In this document: positions 9,807-23,508 of the stretch, piece by piece
Layout: each line of letters opens with the position of its first letter
Numbering within the stretch: the first letter of the stretch is position 1
From: Bigelowiella natans CCMP2755
Taxonomy: Eukaryota > Protista > Cercozoa
Direction of reading: 5' to 3'
NCBI GenBank assembly: GCA_000320545.1
Contig: ADNK01002282.1
Span: 1 to 45,082 of the forward strand
Length of the DNA stretch: 45,082 nt
Program-made: the position numbers and the translations under genes
The notes under the pieces: model-generated
What the model saw: the letters and a program-made list of their open reading frames with translations, nothing else
Databases searched by the model: none
What the model was told of the DNA's origin: nothing

Positions 9807-12101
9807 ATGGGGTACGCGAAGCTGATCTTTGCGTCGTCGTTGGGGTGGTGCCTACTGTCAGTGGCGGGAGAATGGATTGAAGCAGCTCCAGGCCACCCTA
9901 ATCATAACCCAATCGGTACTTTAATGGTGAAAACGAAAGAATGTTACCTTTCATATCTCACTGTTTACCCTCCTCTCTTGACGAATTCCACACACTCGAC
10001 AAGTTTCCGACTTTGCTTGCACTCGATCAGTCGATTGGACTCCGGGTGGAAAGCCTCTCGAGTCCAGTTGGTTCAGCATCATTCGAGACGAAAGTGCGTG
10101 CAATCTTCGCGTAAAGCCGTCGATATTTATGAGAAGACAACAGTGACCCATTCTTGCAGTATTCTGAGTCCGTTTCCAATCATCAGTTACTTCTCCGCTT
10201 GAAACTAGAGCGAGCCAAGTTCGCATTTGGCAAACAGATCGGAACAAAGGCTTCTTTTCCGATTTCACGTGAGTTGCAAAAGCAAAATGGAATTTGCACG
10301 CTCCCCTCAACTGCGCAACGTCGTCATAATTATATAATTATGAAGCGAACTCTCCCCTTCTGCACAGGCCTACGGGGTCATTTGGGTATTGTGTGGGTAA
10401 AAAGTTCCGGCTCATCTTCTAACCCTTGGATCTACTTTTTTTTGTTTTTTAGCTTGGCGCTGACCTTCATTCAACAATGGGAGAGGGAAAACACAACCGC
10501 GACGATGATTGACTGGCGTGGGCTTGGCTTATACAAAGATGACTCTGGTTGGGTTATGATGCGAAAGAATGGAAGAGCAACTACTAGGCTCCATGCATAT
10601 CTTGTTCCTGCACCTGTATTCATATAGTCACACGAAGTTTTCTTTAGAAATGCCAAAAACGACCGATGATTCGAAGCCGATCGCCTGAGAAATGACGAGA
10701 AGGCGTTTGCATGCGAATGCTAGCGACACACCCACACACACACACACAACTCTAGTATAGATACATATTTCTGACATCATTTTTAAATAGGGTCTAACGT
10801 ATGGGAGTGGTTCTTCGAGCAACCCTTCGCAGCTGCGAGGCAGAATATTACAGGTAGACCTCTTATGCGCAGCCATCGCGGTTTCTCAAAAGGTGGGGGG
10901 CGTCTCTCGTCCCGACTCCCATCAAGAGATCATTTGCTCCATGATTGAAAATATTCGGATAAAGATACTCTGCTATGCTCGTTCTCATGTACTCTCCGCC
11001 TCCCACTCCATAGGAGCAAAGATGATTCCCATCGCTACTAATAACCCAGGGTCATTTCCACAGGGAGAAGGTTTGATTGGCTACATATAGTAACTGAAAC
11101 CGTCCTTTCATTTCACACTGTTTGATCGGAAGTACTGCATTTTTTGACGAATTTCCTTCTTTGGCAAGGCTACTACAACAAAATGGATATCACCAAGCGC
11201 ACAGTGGACGAAGGTACCGGTTGAAGATATAATGTTTCTTCTCTTGGAATACACTTTGCGTGAAAGAAACTGTATAGTCGAGGAATAGTCTCCAATTCCA
11301 CGCATTTCTGCTGGCCGTGTTTTCACCAATTTAGGGCGGCGACTGACTCAAACATACGTGCAACTGAAGCCAGAATTCCAGCAAAGAGTCCTCGAAGCAA
11401 AACGCAATCTGCTGGAGACGAAGTACAAGCGGCCACTGGCTGTACACGTGCGACTGACGGACAAGGTCTCCGAGGTGCTATAATACAGCGATACAAATCT
11501 ATTCGAAAGAGAAGGCGAAGTTAATGCGTGGCGAGTGGCAATTAATTCGGCTTCATTCTATATTATCTAGTTGCTTCTTTCACTATGTCTAGTAAACTAT
11601 GCGAAATCGCATGAATATATCCAGAAATACGCCGCAACTACAACTGCAAGCACGCCCATGTTCCTACTGTTAGTTTCAGGCTCACAACACCTTAATTCTA
11701 ATACCACACAGGCGCCAGACAACTTCGGCATGAGTTACCAAGAGCTGCACACCTTGATAACGTCTCACATGGCCCGAGAAGGCTACGATGGCTTCTTATT
11801 TTGCACGGATGCGAAGGACTTGAAGGAGTTCATAGCCGGGCAGTGCGGTGATAAGTGTGTTACATACGATTCCTCGCTCTCCGATGATGGCCCTGCGCAC
11901 AAAGACGGTGGAATACCGAACCGGAAGAAGGCCGAGGACATTGTGACGGAAGTACTGTTGATGGCAAGCTGCGAAGGCTTCGTCTCTACCTATTCGAATG
12001 TTGCGAATGGGGTGCTTTTCTTCGGTTCCGATGAGCTCGCTCGCAACCATCAATACCTCTTGCGCCTGAAGCACAAGTTGTTGCCGCACCACCGCCAGTA
12101 G
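9807..12101 (+). CDS. Secreted or Golgi fucosyltransferase-like protein (GT23/NodZ/O-FucT-like), multi-exon
   Basis: Signal-peptide-like start MGYAKLIFASSLGWCLLSVAG. Exons encode IDWRGLGLY, GSNVWEWFFEQPF, motif I LAVHVRLTDKVSE (~11436-11475), motif II FLFCTD and motif III EVLLMASCEGFVSTYSNV. Stop at 12101. Confidence 0.8.
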
Positions 12102-13109
12102 TAAATAAGCGCCTAAAAAGGTGATATGGCTGCACACGTTATAAACAAATGAAAGTAACCTACAATAAGTTGGCGTCACGCAATAGATGCATGCTGCTGT
12201 TTACCATTGCAGTATATCTAAACATTCAAGTGTTTTGCACTGTGTTTTGTAATGCATGCATTGATTCCAGGCCGCAAAAATGCATCAATTAGATCATTAC
12301 ATGAGTGCGCTCGTTGATTCTGTTCAGTTCATTGGCACCTCATGCAATTACCACCCAACAAGGGAGACATCTGCAGGCATGCCATTTTGGCCATATGCGG
12401 TCTGCAGATCGAGCACGTCATTCGATCATTCAACAAGCAGCCATGCTAGCATGTGCGCTGCGCAACCGCGTGAGAAAGATTTAACAGCAATAAACATGCT
12501 AGCTGTTTGCTACAACTTTACTCAAATGTCAGGTGAAGACTGCAACGTTAGTCGTAGCGACATTGTGTTATGCTCTGCAGTAAGTATTGAATTTTCTCTC
12601 CTGCCTCGATCCATGCATCGTAGGCGTCTTTTATTTCCTTCACTACAATCCTTTCACATGTTTGCTTGTTTGAGGAAGGAGCAGAACAGTACTATGTGAC
12701 ATTCTCCCTCATTGTATGTACAGGGATGCGTGCTGAACGGCAGGTCTTGTGCTGATGGAAGGATCAGAGGACGACTCACTGTATTCTTTCTTCTGCGACG
12801 GACGGACGGCAGCGGTATAGCATGATTACGGGTGAACGCCATACCGCTGCGAAATATTTTCTAGCTTAAAATTGTTTCTTCCTCAAACCCTCGGTGGAAG
12901 CTTCAGACGTGTGGGAGTTTGGACGGGGGGGAGAGGAGGGGTGGGGTGGGGTGGGAGGGGGGCTATTTGGCTAATCTCAGCTGCGATGGATTGATTTATC
13001 GGCCTAATTCGACGATATTCAAGCCTAGATAAGCACGACCCTGGGTACAACAATGCGATGATCAACGTGGTGATTATTCACTCGCTGCGCATTTGATTCT
13101 GTAGCTCCC

Positions 13110-13927
13110 TCACGTGATCACCCTGGCCGTTGCTAGGGACGAGAGCGGGCCGTCGGAACGCTCCATCCGCGACTCCGCCTCCCCGCGAATGGCCTTGAGG
13201 TTGACCTTCAAGTCGCTAGCCACGCGCTTCTCAATCAGCCGCACTGGCAGCATGCCCTTCGGCTTGATCTCGACGGCATATGTGAGCCGTGCCGCAGCCT
13301 GGCCGTCCGGAGCGCAGTCCGGCAGCTGCTGCACCCTCCAAATCCCTTGATAGTGATCGAAGTCTCCCGGCGCGCCAGGCACGTTTTGCATGGTAATATC
13401 ACGGTGAGGAAGCTGAGTGATGGCATACGGCCTTGGGAAGACTCCTCGTTCGAGCGGAAGCTTTTCACCCATTTCTCGCACCTGGGTAGTGCGAATATGC
13501 GCGTGTGTTAGTTTCGTTTTGGCTGAGGTCGGGCGACCGACGGCGCGGGTGGGGCGTGTCAGTTTGTTGTTGTGCTTCGGTTTCCATCATTTTTTAATTC
13601 CGTCTTAGTGATGTTATGTTGATCTTAATCACCACCACCATCATCATTACCATCATCATCATTTTCTTCTTCTTATTCTCTCTTCTTTTGCTCTTACCTC
13701 TGATGAGGGCGTGTGAGCATCTTCCACATTGCCGTGTATTTTTTCCTCCGGCAGCGGGTTATCTTCAAGATGAATCCCGACGTCGAGCTGAGGAGGGCCA
13801 CACAGGAGAAAGGAATAGCAAGAACGACATTTGGGGAAGACACCCAACTCAAAATCTGCCTCGCATTTAACTCATAAATCATCGAAGGCCAGTTTCAATC
13901 TCATGTCTTGGAATATACGACACAACA

Positions 13928-13967
<40 letters not shown>

Positions 13968-14272
13968 CCCTCACACACGCATATCCGTATGCATGCTACA
14001 CATGCACGTCACCCTGGCACGCCACCCTATCGTATTTGGATAATACCGTCATTTTGGCGGTGAATTTGACTCCGGGGAAAACAGCAGCCGACCCCACTTG
14101 ACTGATCGTCGCCCCGCCACAAGGCTTCGATTCCAGCACGTTGCTCTCGACGAGATTGGGTATCACACGCTGCAACCCGTCGTAATCGGTCAAGATGCTC
14201 CACACCTGGCCAATTACACGGAGATGATGAGGATTTATCACAATGGCCGATACTGCATCATGCTCTCCCAGA

Positions 14273-14320
<48 letters not shown>

Positions 14321-15605
14321 ATAAGAAAGTGGATGATGAACTTCTCATCTTTCGTAATATTAGCGCTTCATCGAAGATATTTCCCCAAAACAATCATTAT
14401 GTCCATGCATTCGGGGTTTTTGCGTCAAATAAGAGCACTTCAGCATTTTCGCTGCTGCTTCGGACGTACCGCTTCCATGGGCGCGAGCACATCTATTCCA
14501 GTGAAGATGCGCACCGCATTATCCGGGGCCCTCTCTATACGAACGACAGGCTCTCCCGGTTCCAGGCAGTAATCGTCACCTAACCACCATTTCGAGGTCA
14601 AATACAGTCCGAAACGACTCCCCCGAATCGAGGCATTCGTTGCACATTTGCGAGCTCACAGCGTACCTAGCACTGGCGGTGATCTAGACCCGGCCTCTCC
14701 CTCCCCAGGGGAGAGCTCCGGTGCATCCATAGGCGTGCCCCCCTCGAAGATATCTGAAGGGGGGTTGCTGTCTAGAGGACCGCTGATTGTCACTTCCGTT
14801 ATATGCTCGACGGGGGAGGGTTCGAGTCCAGCAGCCTCATTGGGATGGGATCCGGAGTCTATATCCCCATCTTCGTTAATCCGTATGCGTCGAATCTGAA
14901 AGAGCGGTGAGATACATTAAAACGGTTGCAAAGAAAACGTGATACATTCCCATACTCGCGCTCGCGCACACGCGCGCACACACACACACACTCAAATGTG
15001 AGGTGTGTTTGTATCCTATATGATGCCTAAAGGCTACGCAGAACAAAAACGTTTTGGTTCTTACTGTCGGCATATCACTGCTAGTTTCTGGAATCTCATT
15101 TTGGTAGCCGGAGTATGCCACCTTGCGCCATCGCTCAGGACCTTTCAAAGGATAGCAGACCTCACACACGCACGTTTATGTTAAAAGCATGCCTCAACCA
15201 TGTATGCGTGCGACGCATAATATGTGGCGCGCTGATGCCTGGATGTTGTGTTTGCCGACACCTATGGCAGCTATCAGATATTCCATTCGCCTCCGGGCGG
15301 TGGTGACGGGGAGCAAAAAGTTTTCCCGGAGCTGCGCCAAATATATCCAACTCAACACAATAGAACACAAACAGAGATAGTATCTTTGTCGTCAGTTTTA
15401 GTGGAATTCCTACCCGCTCCCTGACTCGAAGTCTGGAAGCATGTGCAGCCACTTCCCCCCCCCTCGGGCCATCTTCACTAAATAGCAGACGGCTGAGATA
15501 ATCCTTCCCTGTTGTTCGAAAGCTTTGTCGCATGAAAGATTTCGATGCATAACTTCTAGCGGGGCGACCTAATAGCCAAGACATTTTATAAGTTCCGCGA
15601 GCCAT
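13110..15605 (-). CDS. Polyketide cyclase/dehydrase (SRPBCC/START, Coq10-like) protein, probably organelle-targeted; start uncertain
   Basis: Exons PVVRIERAPDNAVRIFTGIDVLAPMEA|VWSILTDYDGLQRVIPNLVES...VKFTAKMT|LDVG...|...GDFDHYQGIWRV...LTYAVEIKPKGMLPVRLIEKRVASDLKVNLKAIR. Confidence 0.85.
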
Positions 15606-15630
15606 TCATTACTTTCTCGAGACGCTACGG

Positions 15631-18246
15631 ATGAGTGCTAATCAGGCCCCTTCCACCATCAGCTTAGCATTGAATGTACGTGAAAATTCGCCTCGAAAAC
15701 AACATTGATCTTCACCTGAAGCTAAACCAGAAAGCGCCCCTAGGAAGAGAAGGGGGAGGCACAAGTAGAGTGCGGGTCGTCTCCCCATCCTTGAAAATTG
15801 CGTTCTCCCAGACGAATGGCTCGGAGCAAGACCTCAAGTAACGCAGGATATCCACCTGCGACAACATCATTCTTTGTCGCAGATACAAAACCACACGTAA
15901 TTTCACAGATACTCGTTAGGCTGCTCGGTTTGAGCTTGCAGACCTCGGGGATTTTCATCTGCACGGCTTCTCGAGGCGAATAATAAAGTTTTCTAAAAAT
16001 AATCAAATCTTTTCGGGCATCGCGGGCATCATTCGCGCCACAGTCTGGCCGAAAATGTGTCGGAACATGGGAACATGGACATGGAAGCGCCTTTACTGGC
16101 GAATTTTTAATCGAAGCGTACAGGTAGATCTATTTTCTACACTTAACTGTTTTTCTAACTACCCCATTTCGAAGGAGTAGGGTATCTGCATTGTGAGGCC
16201 CCTGTGAGGTCTCAGCTGTCAGCGTGCTATTATTTACGTGAATTTTCCTTAATTCCAACTGAGACTCGATTGTTTTTTTTAATTTATACTTTTGGAATTC
16301 GAGTGGCTTGCTCTAGACCACTTTCTAGGGTAATTCTTCGGGGTTTACTTGGCCTGGAGTTTGTTCTTCACATTTTGTTTTACTTTGTGTTCTACCGTCG
16401 ATACATGTTGGTATTCTCCCCACACCGACTCTTTCCAAAGCGTGCGAAACTCATATTAGGAGCACTTCTTCGCGTGAATATCACTTTGAAAATCGCACGA
16501 ATTCTATGTCGCATGCATCATATCGGAGGCATTTTCACACGATTCCAAAAAGCTTTTGTGGAGTACGTTCCTTCGAGCACGCCCCACCCAAGCAACGAAG
16601 AACATTCGATACGAATACATGGGTGAAGTTCGAATTGATCAGCTATCAGGTGGCAAATTACAGAAATGTGAAGATGAATATTAAACCAATGCTCGCAGAT
16701 TATGTACCCAGCTATACTCCGGCGAGATGGGTATCGAAGGTCGTGCACACACTATCTGAAACTTAATCTACATGCTAATGATTCGGTATATTGTCCCTTT
16801 CGCAGTCTATTCTCAGGGACAAGCGGGCAAAAGAGGCGTTTGGTCGCCTCGAAATCACTCTTAGTAAAGTGATGAAAGAATTGAAATCTTTCAACCCTGC
16901 CCTTTACGAATGGGTTTGCAAACGGTCCTTTTTTTCCTATTCTGAATTTATCTACTCGCCATTTTCGTTGAGAAATAAGGAAGGGTTCAGCGAAACTGTG
17001 GGAAGAAGAACTTACGTACGATATCCGCAATCAGGAGCCGAGAACGGCAAGGAAGCAAAATCAGCGTGCGACTACAGAAATCTCCTTCGAGAGGAAAGTA
17101 TTCGCTAAAACCGTCAACAGATTGCTCTGATGCCCGATATCAGCGGTCATACTCGATGGTGGATATTCCGAAGGAGGAGGTGAAAGGCAGCGACGATGCT
17201 AAACACGAGTCAGCGGGCCATCCTGTTTTGATTCAAGTATTCATCCCACCGCTTTCTTCTTTCATGAAGATTTAATCTGAAGTCTTTGCTTTGTGCTTTA
17301 TTTTTGGTCTTTTCCCCCTTGTTGAGTATGATTATGTGGACGACAAGACAGGCTGCGTGTATACTTTAAATCCGGAGACTCGTAATTTTATGTCGAAGTG
17401 TAACGTGTTGTTGCATACTAATACACAAAAAAATTGTGCATGTGCACAATCCTGCTTTCTATCCTTCTCTACCTTTTCATGCTACTGCTACCATGCTGTA
17501 TCTCTAGTTTTGTTATCGTATCTATCGTGTTATCTTGAAGCTTCGCTGTCTCGGATCGATGCATGGCTGTCATCAGGCGAGGTGACTTGGGTCTTAGATG
17601 ACGACGATGTGGATATCATCTTGGTCTGTTTATTTATGATAAGAATGATTATAATGACAATGATGCCGCCGCCGCTGCTGCTACTGCTGCTTATGATGAT
17701 GCTGGCGGAGGTGGTGAAGGAGAGGGAGAAGGAACGAGGAGGAGTAGGATGTATTATAAGTTTCTATTCTGCCCCACTCCCCCGCGCTTGCTCCTACTTT
17801 TCTTCTAATCAAGGAGGCATCAGACTACTATCGATACAGAGATCGAAAGGAAAACGGAAATATAGGGGAGGGCAGTGATCAAGATGAGGAGTTGCATCTA
17901 ATACCTGGAGGGTCAGCTACTTCAATATCAGAATCTTCTCCCTCACTGCAGCATCCTTTCGAGGACTTTGGAAGTGGAAATAAGGAGGACGGTCGGCCAA
18001 ATGACCCCATCGCAACAGCATCATCTTCTAGGAATGAGATCAAGAAAACAGGGGGTTCAGAAGAAACACAGGAGATAAAAGGCGGGAGAGGAAGAGAAGA
18101 AAAGGGATCCTATATCAGGAGTTTGGACGATGGAGAAAGCCCATACGGCGCGAATAGCGGTGAGAGCATTAACGAAGACTAGGAGGAATAATGAACAGTG
18201 CCACTCACAGTTATCTACCTCATTCGGGGCATCATCAGCAGAAGCT

Positions 18247-18324
<78 letters not shown>

Positions 18325-20139
18325 ATATCAAATATATACACATTATTTATTTACTTTTCGCACTTGGTTGATCCCACCCTCCCTTTCAGAGAAAGAGGCG
18401 CGATGTGAAACAGCCATGGGAGCTACTACTACTACTACTACTACTACTACCATCCCTCCATCCTGCTTGAAAGCACCAGAACCAAACGCAGCAAAAATGC
18501 ATTCTATCGCGAATGCTCATAATGGCGCTGCTGACGCCGGTCAAGAACAGGAACATGACAACTCACATGCTGTTTATACCGAGGACGAATGCAATGAAGA
18601 AACCTACTCAAGCAGCTCTCAGCTAGATATTGATCATCAAAGCTGCGTCATCCCTAGTCACCAAAACGGCCACAAAAGCCACCATCATCGCCCAACAACT
18701 CAAGACCATCGTTCTATGCCAGACGATAGTAGAACATACGCAGCAGTGAAAGCAAGTAACCGTCGCAGCACGCAGGATTGTAGTGCAGACATAACGAAAG
18801 GAAAGATTTGCGACAATATAGACAGGGTTGAGTCTAATGTCATCAGAAAGCGGAAGGAGGCCCTCGCACGCATTCGTAAATTTGCCAAGGTCATACCTCC
18901 TCTAGAAGATTGAAGGAAGTTCCCTTCACGTGTGGGAGGGCAGCAGGGCGGGAAGAGGAGGGGGGCAGTCTCTGCATTAAGTCCATAATCATCTTTGCAG
19001 GGAGGAGATCAGTTGTCTCCCGCACCCCACCATGACTATGAATGCATACCACCATCGTATCACGGTTACGACAGTCGTGTGGCGTCGAGGAAGCATGGAG
19101 AAAGGGTATTTGCCTGATGGTGGATAGTTTCGGAAAGCCATACTGCCAGCTGAAGACTTGCACATTATCCACACGTATTCAATATCGATGGCTATACGGA
19201 CAAACTGAGGCTATCTTATGTTACGCGACAGGTTATACTTTGCGACAACGCCGAGAATTACGAGAAACTGCTTCCAAGGTTGCGTTTTATTGCTTTCCCA
19301 TAATCCATCTGAAGCTTGGGGGTGAATTCCTTTCTCAGAGAATTTCCTCGAATGATTGCACGGCACCTACGGGTCGGACAGTTGGTAGTAAATGCATAAA
19401 AGTGCGAATTTCTCTTCAGAGAGGAGTTGAAAGATGCAAGGGAAAATAGGCGGTTTGAGATTTACTCGGTTGGTTCTCCTTGGATGTGGGGGCTGTAACG
19501 CTTCTGCTGGGGGTGTGAAGGGCCTTGTGGCAAAATGATGATTTTTTATTTTTTTCTTGTTGAATTTCGTAATCGTATGCCGTCTATAAATGTATGAATA
19601 AAGGTGGAGGTGCAAAAGAGCGACGGGGGGGTGTATTCCTCAGCAAGGTGCGGCAGAGCAGAGTGAGCGAGATCAAAGGCATACTTTTTCTTGCACGCAT
19701 TTTGTTGTTTTAAATGGAATGATATTAAGACAAATAGATACGGATACGAAGAAAAGAAACTTTTGATTGTTTTGTAGACTCTATAAATTTAATTGCCGCC
19801 CATAACATCGCGACACGCAATTGTCATCAAAATGCCGACGTATTTTAACCTAGCGATGCAAGATTAGAAGAGCCTCTAGGTCCAATACTACTCATCTATT
19901 TCACAACTAAGATGAAGATATGCACCATACAGAATCGTAAAAGCCATGATCAAGAATGCCTATGCGGACCTCAGCTCGACTAATTTTGGTTACGATACTC
20001 AAACTGGGAAGGAGGAGGACGGCACGATGAATAACAACGATTCCACGCTATACCTTGTCCAATTCACGTGCGATAACTCAATCAAGGCAGTTTGCTTCGG
20101 ATACAACCTATAAAACACAAACATATATATGTATATGTA

Positions 20140-20175
<36 letters not shown>

Positions 20176-20551
20176 ATATAACATATTATGTAATGGAGAG
20201 GTAACGTTTCATTGATGATTTGACACGCAAGAGACTTAGCATGATTACTCTCATTTTATCAATCCTGGTTACTTGCTTGTTGATTGTACTCAGGAGTGCC
20301 GTCGAGGCGATATTAGGCTCATGAAGCGGCATGGACAAACCAATCCAGCACATTTACCTAATGGGACGCGGGTTTTCGTAGAAGCCCCCCCCCCCTCCTC
20401 TTTCTCCTTACCATCAGCGAACAGCACAAGTATTCCCGTTGATGAGAATCCTGGCAGCCATGAGAGGATAAGGGGAGGAAGGAAAGGGGAGGAAGGAAAT
20501 GCAGTTGAAGAAAAAATGCAGCATAAGCTGGAAGAAGGTTCGTCAATTTAG
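15631..20551 (+). CDS. Hypothetical multi-exon protein with a degenerate WW-like motif and a C-terminal Tudor-like domain; boundaries uncertain
   Basis: In-frame GT-AG exon chains: YDYVDDKTGCVYTLNPET|REVTWV (17327-17610, WW-like), a low-complexity middle, and RFEIYS|VEVQKSDGGVYSSAR|IVKA...YLVQFTCDNSIKA|ECRRGDIR (19450-20320, Tudor-like). Confidence 0.4.
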
Positions 20552-21821
20552 GACTGAAAAAGTCAATAAATATAAATTAAAACTCAGTAGCTCCTGATCA
20601 TGATAGCCATGGTTATAATAATGGTGGTGATGGTGATAATGGATTTCTTCGTGTTTTGCATTTTCTCCGTTTCCCAATACTAGGTGTGATCGTTGGCCTT
20701 GGCATGCGAGATAAGGTTGGATGTGCGTCGTCAACTGCACTACAACTCTAACGAATGGTTCTTAGAGTAGCGTGCTGCTTGACAAAATATCGTTGGATTT
20801 TCTTCGTTCAAATGTTCAAAGTGTGTAAATATTCACTGTTCTCTGAGTTTCTATGCGTGTGGCGTTTGCGTACATTTAGAAGTTATGTTATGCTATCCAG
20901 TTAAAGTCTAGGCACACGGTAAATGCATATCTAATTGATCATTTCACATGTTGCTCATGATGGTTTTTCCTCTTTAAATCATGGATAACGTTTGTATCTA
21001 GATTAGAATCTGTGTTATGTAACTTCGTTCACAATTATCCCAAAATAAAGAGATTGATGATAGAAAACTTTCAATCTTTAAATTTTGACGTCACTCCTTT
21101 TCGAATGGCGCACTGTTGGAAAATGTACGGCACAGATTGAATACATCGAGGAGGCGCACCTCTATCCTACTAACGGTAGCCGTCGGGACCTTTAAAGAGT
21201 TAACTCAAATATCATTATTAGTGCTCACCAAAGATGAAGCATGGTGAGTAAGTCGTGCATTGCGGGCTTCAAAGAAGAAAATTGCAACATGCTAGCATGG
21301 CGACGCAATCAAGCTGTACTAGTTTATCAGACTGCAAAAGTGTGAATTTGACGCTGCTGCTATTCGGCGAGTCTAGGTGCAAACTGTGAATGGTGAAGTC
21401 ACTTGTTTGGTGCCACACTGCATGCGCACATCGATTTGTGCATGCATGCGCGCACATGTGTTTAGATTTTCAGTAACGATGAGGCGCAGATCCAGCTGCA
21501 CAGTGTTCATCACGTCCCTTGTCATCGCCATCGTTCTAGCGTTGCTGCGCGGCGTCCGTGCGCCTGCTGTCTGGCACATGCGAACAGAATCATTTACACA
21601 ATGAGCGCATGCAAGCATGTACCAACAGCACGGGTATCTTAGCCCACAATGTCATGAACGATGATTTGTCCAAACAAGTAGCAAACTAGGTCGAGCAATG
21701 GGCGCTAGGATCGTATTCAAACTGCACACACACACACACATATATATATGCATATGTGCATATTACATACATTCATACGATTATTGCCCTTCCGGATGCA
21801 CAGCATCAACAGCGACAACGA

Positions 21822-22325
21822 CTAGGAATCTGTGAAGTTTGGGGGGCGCTTTTCTGCGAATGCCGCCATCCCTTCCTGTAATCAAGACCAAAAGAGAACG
21901 TACAGCAACCGAATTATAAGATCATGCATTCAATTAACCAGCTATAGGTAGACCGAATATAATTCATCCATTGCTACCATACACCGTCTCATCCCTCCCC
22001 TCCCCCCCCCTTACCTTTTGGTCCTTTGTTGCGAAGGTAGACCAGAACACACGCTTTTCCAGAGCAAGACCCTAGTTTTTTTCGTGAAGATTATCAAAAA
22101 AACAATAATTACATGATAATAATCCGCAACAAAACGAGAGAAAAACCGATGGCATACATATTAAATTAGCCACCCCCCCCACACACATATAAAGAGAGAA
22201 GAGGGAGGAGAGAGAAAGGGAGCGAAAACAACGCCAAACGTACTTGATCAAGAGTGGTGTTGTAAGCTGCGTTAACCTGATGAGATACAGAATCAATCAA
22301 ATCAAAACCATCGCATATAAAAGAT

Positions 22326-22362
<37 letters not shown>

Positions 22363-23472
22363 TTCATCTTGTGCGCCTTCGAGTTACATGCTATTATCGA
22401 CATTAAACGCGACCATTTCCTTCGCGAAACCGAGCGAGCGCCGAGAATGATGAAGGATTATTGTATTTCAGAGTGAATGGCAAGGAGTGGAGAGCGCGAG
22501 AGAACAGCGTGTGTCTCCTCACATATATTTATATATATATATATATATATATATTAGTTGTTGAGATAGAAGGACACCTACCGTTTCTTTCGCAAGGGCA
22601 ACGATAGGCTTTGAGAACGCCGCGATTTCGCCGGCCATCTTCTCAGCTTCCTGATGAGTAATAAGCATTGAACATGAACATGAGCATTGAGCAATCAAGG
22701 GAAGCGTCAAAAACATTCTTTCTAGGAGCAGTTCTAGAGAGATTGCCTTTGTCGTTGAAATTTGGTATACTCAATGCTTTGAGCAATGCGAATGATTCGT
22801 GATGATGACACTACCAATACTACTACTCCTACTGCTGCTGGTGGTGGTGGTGGTACTACCTCAACTAGTTGCTCCTTAGGAACTACTTTGCACACGAGTC
22901 CGCATTTTTCTGCATCTGTAATCAGTAGGCCAACAGTGCGAAGGGGAGGGGGGGAGGGGTGATGGTGTATTGCATGAAAATGAATCAATACACAAACACA
23001 CACTTAAATGCATGTTTTCAAAAAAGCTCACGATTTCCGTTTTTTCTTCGTTTATCTTGTTCTTCTTCCTCGTCTTCTGCTGTTACCATCAGCAGAGATG
23101 AATTCTCCGGTAAGAACCATGTGCATGGCCTTGGACTTTCCTGATAGTCAAGGAATAACAGAGGGAGGGGAGGGGAGAAGGGGCGGAAGGGGCGGGATCG
23201 ATACCGGTGAGGAAGGCAATGATTGATTGGCTATCTCCTGGTTATTTCATAAATTTTGGTGAAGAGTACAGCATAGCCAGAAAATGTGACGACGGCTGCA
23301 GCCTTGGAAAATTTATAAAAGAAGGAATCGATCATACTTATTATAAATAGTCTTGGCTAGTGTGATAGAATATTTATGTGTGTGTGTGTATGTGTGTGTT
23401 TGTATATTTATTTTATTTATTCAAAATTCGATGAAACCACCATCTCCACAGTCGCTGCCGTGATCTTCACTG

Positions 23473-23508
<36 letters not shown>

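Noticed and set aside
20087-20293. Apparent GC-AG intron
   Set aside because: An in-frame GT donor lies 3 nt downstream, so no non-canonical site is required.
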